From a virus, in the IMG/VR virus record IMGVR_UViG_3300013005_000034, positions 1-64,000 of that record: 64,000 nt of DNA; one strand, written 5' to 3'. Positions within the stretch are counted from its first letter, which is position 1. Each line of letters starts with the position of its first letter. The translations under genes were made by a program, and so were the position numbers. Under the pieces are notes generated by a model that did no database searches, was not told where the DNA came from, and saw only the letters and a program-made list of their open reading frames with translations. Positions 58,624-64,000 of this stretch are shown here, in pieces.

Positions 58624-59066
58624 TTTTTACTTTTTAATATAAACAATCCTACCGTTACACCTAATAATAATCCACCTAAACTATACATTATTTTATTCTT
58701 TCCAAATCTTTCAGCAACAAAATAAGCTAATATTCCACCGCCTAAACCTGTAATACTTGGTATTGTGTAATTATTTTTTTTATCTCCCTCAATACTTGAA
58801 GTTTTTTCAAAATATTGTTTAAAGTTTTCTTTTGCTCCCGAATAAATTTTTTGCTCTTTATTTGTGTTTGCAAATTTAATTACACGAAAACGATATATTA
58901 TTTGATTTCCCTTTTTAACTTTCTGAATAACATAAATAGCATCTCCCTCATTGAGAACGCCATCAGTATTCCCATTAGGGAGTAAAAGTTCAAGTTTTTT
59001 TACAACTTCATAAACTTTTTTCCTCCCTTTACGAATTACTTCATTATCGGAAAAGTTAGAATACAT
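58620..59066 (-). CDS. Protein with two C-terminal TM segments
   Basis: Gly-rich hydrophobic C-terminus. Confidence 0.65.
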   Translation of the reverse strand: MYSNFSDNEVIRKGRKKVYEVVKKLELLLPNGNTDGVLNEGDAIYVIQKVKKGNQIIYRFRVIKFANTNKEQKIYSGAKENFKQYFEKTSSIEGDKKNNYTIPSITGLGGGILAYFVAERFGKNKIMYSLGGLLLGVTVGLFILKSKK

Positions 59067-59067
59067 T

Positions 59068-59718
59068 TTATATTGCAGTTATTACATCAGCCCAATTAAC
59101 CCAAAATTCAAACATAGCCTTATCGTTTATATCTTTAGGATAAGAAGATATGTTTTTAAATTTTGCTACAATTTTATTTTTTAATGGGTCTTTCTTTAAA
59201 TCAATTAAAACGCCAACATATTGACCTTGTTCAAAATTGCCTCTACCATCTCCGCCACCTTTAATATAAGGCTTTGTAGTGTATTCTGATGTAAAAGAAT
59301 TTATTAATTTTTTAGCAATAAATCTTTTATCTTTGTATTTTGATAATTCATTTGGCAAATTAATCTGTTCTGCTAATTTTTTAACATCATCTTTATAAGC
59401 AGAGCCAAATTCTTTATAAGCTGCTCTAATTGTTGAGTTATCAGGTTTACCTATTGGGTCTAATTTATCTCCATTAAAACGCCAGTCAGGATAATTTTTA
59501 TTCATCCATACACGAAAAGCATCTCCTTGTTCTTGGTTAAATCCTGTTGAATCATAAGAAGTTGTTGAAGTTGTTGTAGTTGTTTCATTTGTGCCTTTTC
59601 CTTCTTCTTCTTTTTTTGGCTCATTAGTAAGTTTATTTTTATTTCTCATCCACCAAAATACACCACCGCCTATTAATAATGCCGATGCAATTCCAATCCA
59701 AATTACTTTTTTGTTCAT
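59068..59718 (-). CDS. N-terminal TM-anchored protein
   Basis: Start moved to ATG 59718 (MNKKVIWIGIASALLIGGGVFWW). Confidence 0.7.
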   Translation of the reverse strand: MNKKVIWIGIASALLIGGGVFWWMRNKNKLTNEPKKEEEGKGTNETTTTTSTTSYDSTGFNQEQGDAFRVWMNKNYPDWRFNGDKLDPIGKPDNSTIRAAYKEFGSAYKDDVKKLAEQINLPNELSKYKDKRFIAKKLINSFTSEYTTKPYIKGGGDGRGNFEQGQYVGVLIDLKKDPLKNKIVAKFKNISSYPKDINDKAMFEFWVNWADVITAI

Positions 59719-59737
59719 TTTGCTATATTTTAATAAA

Positions 59738-59926
59738 TTATTCTTGAATTTTTTGCATAGCTTCCTTAAAAGCATAAATCGCAATTAGAGTTGTTAATGC
59801 ACCAACTGCAATTACACCTGCGCTTTTGCCTTTAACTCCATTGATTAAAGCATTAATTCCACCATAACCAACTACTAAACTTCCTACGATTACAGTTGCA
59901 TCTGTTACTTTTCCTAAAGTTCTCAT
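59738..59926 (-). CDS. Small two-TM protein
   Basis: Hydrophobic 62-aa ORF. Confidence 0.65.
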   Translation of the reverse strand: MRTLGKVTDATVIVGSLVVGYGGINALINGVKGKSAGVIAVGALTTLIAIYAFKEAMQKIQE

Positions 59927-59956
59927 TTTGTTTTTATTTTATTTGTTTTTTATTTA

Positions 59957-60460
59957 TTAAAGCGTTATTCCAATTTTCTTCAAATGCTCTCTTAAAACTT
60001 TACCAGTAGTTAAATAATCTGTTTGTTCTTTTAACAATTCAGGTAGAGGATATTTTTCACTAATTTGCCCAAAAGAACCACAATAACTAATATCTCTAAC
60101 ATCAAATTCTTTAACTAAATAATACCAATCAATAGGAGCTTTTACTAATTTGATTATTGAACTTACAACCATTGCTTCGGTAGTTATTGCCTCACATCCA
60201 TCAAATTGTTTTTGTATGTAATTTGCTAATGAACTATATGCTGAAATATTGCTATCACTAAGTTTTTTACCTTCTTTTTTCAATTTTTCATACATAGATT
60301 TAGCATCTTTAACGGTAGCTTTTACCTCTTGCGTTTCTTCAATGTCTTTTATTTTTCTATAAATTTTATAACCAATAAAACCTATACCACCTACAATTAC
60401 TACTGCTATTGTACCTTTTGCCCATTGAGGCAATTGAGTGAAATATTCTCCTGTTTTCAT
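59957..60460 (-). CDS. N-terminal TM-anchored protein
   Basis: WAKGTIAVVIVGGIGFIGYKIYRK. Confidence 0.7.
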   Translation of the reverse strand: MKTGEYFTQLPQWAKGTIAVVIVGGIGFIGYKIYRKIKDIEETQEVKATVKDAKSMYEKLKKEGKKLSDSNISAYSSLANYIQKQFDGCEAITTEAMVVSSIIKLVKAPIDWYYLVKEFDVRDISYCGSFGQISEKYPLPELLKEQTDYLTTGKVLREHLKKIGITL

Positions 60461-60461
60461 A

Positions 60462-60821
60462 TTAAATTATTGCCTTGTTTAAATTTTCCCAAATAGAATT
60501 ACCCTCAATAGTATTTCCTTCGTCAATAATTAGTTTCTTTCCACCATCAAGATAAGTTCCTTTTTTTAAATATCCAGTTATTCCTTTTGTAGTAATAGAA
60601 AATCTATTATTATTGAAAAAAGCAGCTTGATTTTTACCGTTATTAAAATCAACCATAACTGTATCTTTAGCTGAATTAATCAGTTTTGCTCCCCCTAAAT
60701 TATCTGCAACATCATCAAAGTTTTTCTTATCAGAATTTCTATATATTAAAAAATAATAAACTGCACCTATTAATCCTAATGTCGCTGCAACTGCGATTAT
60801 CCCTTTTGTATTTTTATTCAT
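60462..60821 (-). CDS. N-terminal TM-anchored protein
   Basis: GIIAVAATLGLIGAVYYFLI. Confidence 0.7.
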   Translation of the reverse strand: MNKNTKGIIAVAATLGLIGAVYYFLIYRNSDKKNFDDVADNLGGAKLINSAKDTVMVDFNNGKNQAAFFNNNRFSITTKGITGYLKKGTYLDGGKKLIIDEGNTIEGNSIWENLNKAII

Positions 60822-61248
60822 GACCTTTTTGTTCTAATTTATAATAAGGCTTCAAAAAGCATTTAACATATTTTTTTCCACTTATGAAGTCATAAGGATA
60901 TTTAGGCTCACGACCTAAAGCTATTCTCATATCTTCCATGCTCATTTCAACTACCGTTTCGCCTCCATGCTCAAATTTCTTTTTTAAATTATCGTCAGAA
61001 TGTTTTTTATCATCTCTTGATTCGTGATAAATTTGTTTTACATCATCAGGATAATTCCCATCACTATCTTTTTTAAATTTTTCAATTTCAGATTTCAATG
61101 GTCTTTTAAATCTTAATTTTTTACCTTTTTTGTTTAAAGTTCCATCTTTTTTAGTAAGAGCATCAATTCCATCTGTTTTGAAACGATAACCAGTTGGTTT
61201 TGCTTTTACTGCCTTATCTTTAGCACTTGCTTTTTTCTTCTTTGCCAT
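60814..61248 (-). CDS. Basic protein with FEHGG motif and shared C-terminal domain
   Basis: LGREPKYP...KCFLKPYYKL resembles the C-terminus of 61271..63442. Confidence 0.7.
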   Translation of the reverse strand: MAKKKKASAKDKAVKAKPTGYRFKTDGIDALTKKDGTLNKKGKKLRFKRPLKSEIEKFKKDSDGNYPDDVKQIYHESRDDKKHSDDNLKKKFEHGGETVVEMSMEDMRIALGREPKYPYDFISGKKYVKCFLKPYYKLEQKGHE

Positions 61249-61270
61249 TTTTATTTTGGGTTTTTGAAAA

Positions 61271-63442
61271 TTAAATTTTATAAAAATTTCTTAAATATGC
61301 TTTTTCTAAAACTAAACTACCTATAACTTGTTTTGGATAGTTTGGTTCATGTCCTAATATTTTTGTTAATTTACATATACAGATTTCGCCATTCTGTAAA
61401 TTTTCACGAACTAACATTTCAGCAGATTTAGAAAATTCTTTTGATGCTGATTTTAAATCATCTTGGTATTCGATTCCACCGCCTGTTTCTTTGTAGTATT
61501 CTTTAGGTTTAACTTCATAGTGTAATTTTAAATTTGGTTTATTTAATTTTACAGACAATATTTCCCTTTCTTTAATAGCTTCATAAGGTGTATTATGTAT
61601 TGAAATAATTTTATTTGTTTTATTATCTATAACGTATGATATTGATGGCTTATATAACTGCCAACTTTCATCGTACTTTGCGTTGGGATTTCCAATAAAC
61701 GTATCGCCTACTTTATAATTCCCAACCCCACCGCCATTGGCGTATCTTTTAGGAATTGTATCAAAATAATCTTGCATATAAGTTGCCATTCCATCTATGT
61801 AATATTCAAAACTATTATATCCATTTTTTTCTAATTTTGATATTTTAGAATAACCTCTTTTTATGCTTTTTGCAAATTCTTCTGCTTCTTTTAAATTATC
61901 TGTCCAAAAAGATTTTGATTTAGGGTTGTTTTCTAATTCATTTACATAACCTACCTGATATTTACTTATACCATGACCAACCCCACCGCCATTGGCGTAT
62001 TCCATAACTTCTGGAAATAAATCTAATCCTTTTTTTGTAAATTTCCATTTTGAAGTGTCAATATCTTCAATAGTATTCGCTTTTATTGTATTCCATCTAT
62101 TCCCTAATACATCAACAATATTAATGTAAAATTTTCCCGTTTTTGGTTCAAAGTAGTAACTATTATCTTTATATTCAGCTATTAAAATTTTACTTTCAAC
62201 CCCACCGCCATTTTTAAATCTCTTTAATTTCCAATTATAAAATTCATCTAATATGTATTTTTCAGCATTTTCCCAATCTTCGGGTACATTTTGTCCCCAT
62301 TCAATTTCGTCATTCATCCTACTTGATGATGGTGCTTCAATAATATAACCATCATAATCAAGAATTGATGCGCCTTCGCTATCTTCTGTTTCAAAAGAGA
62401 AATCATAACGACCAAGCCTTCTATCCGTATTGTCAGAAAAATCAATATTTTTAATTATTTCCTTGTTTGACAAAACCATTCCTCCCATTTCATATCCATT
62501 ATCGGCAAGGCTATAATAATTATCTGAATTTGGAACTATTATCATGCTATCTAAAACGGTTACATTAAACATTTTTAATGCAGTTTTAACTTGTTGATAT
62601 AATTTAATATCTGCTTCGCTCGGTCTATTATTTCCGCTTGGATGATTGTGTGCTAAAATTACACCTTTAGATAATGTTTTTAAAGCTAAAGCACCAATCA
62701 TTTCAACATCAACTAAAGTAGAATTAATTGCGCCTTTTGTATGTTCATAATATCCTATTGGCTCATTTGCATTGTTTAAAAACAATACGTTCAATTCTTC
62801 ACGAACATTTATGCTTTCTTTATTCCAAAGTTGTTTAAAAATTTCGTAAGCATCTCTTGAACTACCAATTTTTGTTTTTTCAATGCCAAAATCTTGACGA
62901 ACAAGTGTAATATCAATAAGTGCAATATCAATTTCGCTAATCTTTTGATTATTAGGCTCATTTATAACAATAGGAGTTTCTGAACTTAAATCAGGATATT
63001 TCATTATTCCGCCAGTAGCAAATTTTTTTTGACTTGCTCTATTGCCAATTTTATAATCTAAATGATGATATAAGTTATCAATATCATTAGCTGATATAGC
63101 TAATTTATTCTCTTGCCATGACATTAACTTAGAACCGCCTTTAATCATTTCAATTAACTTGTTAGCGTATTTTGAAATTGATAAAAGTTGTTTTTTAAAT
63201 ATCATTCCTCCCTCATCAAATTTTTCCCAGCCCTCTAATGAGTGTGCAACATCGGAAACATTTTGTTCAATACGAGTAAGTTTCATCTTTACCCATTCTT
63301 CTAAATTACTTTCTTCGGTTACGATAATATCTAATTTAACAGCATACTCATAAATCATATCAAGATTTATTAATGCCATTTTTTTATCAAAATCAAATAC
63401 ATCAAAAACTCCACCTAAATCGTATTTATCCCAATGTTTCAT
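61271..63442 (-). CDS. Polyvalent protein with a RadC/JAB domain and repeated [FY]xxGG linkers
   Basis: REELNVLFLN...ILAHNHPSGNNRPSEADI...VLDSMII; YDLGG, FDEGG, FATGG, YEMGG, FKNGG, YANGG x2. Confidence 0.8.
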   Translation of the reverse strand: MKHWDKYDLGGVFDVFDFDKKMALINLDMIYEYAVKLDIIVTEESNLEEWVKMKLTRIEQNVSDVAHSLEGWEKFDEGGMIFKKQLLSISKYANKLIEMIKGGSKLMSWQENKLAISANDIDNLYHHLDYKIGNRASQKKFATGGIMKYPDLSSETPIVINEPNNQKISEIDIALIDITLVRQDFGIEKTKIGSSRDAYEIFKQLWNKESINVREELNVLFLNNANEPIGYYEHTKGAINSTLVDVEMIGALALKTLSKGVILAHNHPSGNNRPSEADIKLYQQVKTALKMFNVTVLDSMIIVPNSDNYYSLADNGYEMGGMVLSNKEIIKNIDFSDNTDRRLGRYDFSFETEDSEGASILDYDGYIIEAPSSSRMNDEIEWGQNVPEDWENAEKYILDEFYNWKLKRFKNGGGVESKILIAEYKDNSYYFEPKTGKFYINIVDVLGNRWNTIKANTIEDIDTSKWKFTKKGLDLFPEVMEYANGGGVGHGISKYQVGYVNELENNPKSKSFWTDNLKEAEEFAKSIKRGYSKISKLEKNGYNSFEYYIDGMATYMQDYFDTIPKRYANGGGVGNYKVGDTFIGNPNAKYDESWQLYKPSISYVIDNKTNKIISIHNTPYEAIKEREILSVKLNKPNLKLHYEVKPKEYYKETGGGIEYQDDLKSASKEFSKSAEMLVRENLQNGEICICKLTKILGHEPNYPKQVIGSLVLEKAYLRNFYKI

Positions 63443-63472
63443 TATTTTATTTTTTTTTTAATCTTACGTTTT

Positions 63473-64000
63473 TCATTTATTTTTTATATTTTCCCAATAA
63501 AGTTTTCTTACATCACTCATAATTTTTTTTGTTGCTTCGCTATGTTTTTTTCCAAAAAATGTATTTTTCTTATTAGATAATCTCAATTTTGCCATTTCAC
63601 TTAATTTCTTTTTAGTTTCATCTGTCATAAATATTTTTCTTCCAGAAATTCTTTTTTTAATGTGTTCTGGAGATTGTTTTTTTCCTAATTTTGACAATCT
63701 CATATTTATTTTAGCCTGTTCGCTCATGGGCTTTTTCATATTTATAGTTTGAGCCTCTGTCATTTTTTTTCCTTTATTCCATGGTGTTTTTCCCTTTAGT
63801 GATTCGCTTATTTTTTTCTTACATTCATCACTTAAATTAATACCCCTTAATTTACTTGGCTTACCAATTTTTGATAAACTCATTTTTAATATTGATTCTT
63901 TAGAATGATGTTTTCCAGTTATAAAAGGTTTAACCCCTTTTTTAGACAAACTCATTTTTAATCTTGATTCTTTACTCTTTTTTTTACCTAATGAAGATAA
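63473..64000 (-). CDS. Partial homing-endonuclease-type protein (NUMOD3 repeats), 5' end outside window
   Basis: GKKHSEATKK-type repeats; frame open to the window edge. Confidence 0.75.
   Translation of the reverse strand, partial: LSSLGKKKSKESRLKMSLSKKGVKPFITGKHHSKESILKMSLSKIGKPSKLRGINLSDECKKKISESLKGKTPWNKGKKMTEAQTINMKKPMSEQAKINMRLSKLGKKQSPEHIKKRISGRKIFMTDETKKKLSEMAKLRLSNKKNTFFGKKHSEATKKIMSDVRKLYWENIKNK

Noticed and set aside
39016-63353. Short + strand ORFs in the right half (e.g. 45576, 46095, 55806, 63159)
   Set aside because: Antisense shadows of - strand structural genes
1-64000. tRNA/rRNA genes or an alternative genetic code
   Set aside because: No cloverleaf or rRNA-like segment was noticed by eye, and genes are intact and densely packed under the standard code

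Overview
Very AT-rich fragment of a large Bacteroidota (Flavobacterium-like) virus, judged from TAnnTTTG promoters, tightly packed genes and the absence of host housekeeping genes. It has two convergent halves meeting at about 33.83 kb. The + strand half (1-33.8 kb) holds many small accessory genes plus RNA repair (DRB0094-type RNA ligase, HAD phosphatase), an MT-A70 methyltransferase, a DenV-like glycosylase, DUF932, PD-(D/E)xK, GIY-YIG, HNH, VRR-NUC and replication-initiator genes. The - strand half holds lysis genes interrupted by a TnpB-only IS200/IS605 element, sulfotransferase/glycosyltransferase genes, fibre genes, many membrane-anchored proteins with several peptidoglycan hydrolases, and a GG-punctuated RadC polyprotein. 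Main discovery: three integron-like gene-cassette arrays (about 2.49-6.89, 17.02-18.50 and 23.14-25.18 kb; 17 cassettes with both arms). Each cassette is bounded by its own GTT...AAC inverted arms with a conserved mismatch at position 11, and is preceded by an AAC-N5-hairpin-GTT linker that sometimes supplies its start codon. Each array ends in the same ~85 bp attI-like/promoter element. The inferred polarity is the reverse of canonical integrons, and no integrase is visible in the window. All product calls come from motif recognition by eye; no database searches were run.
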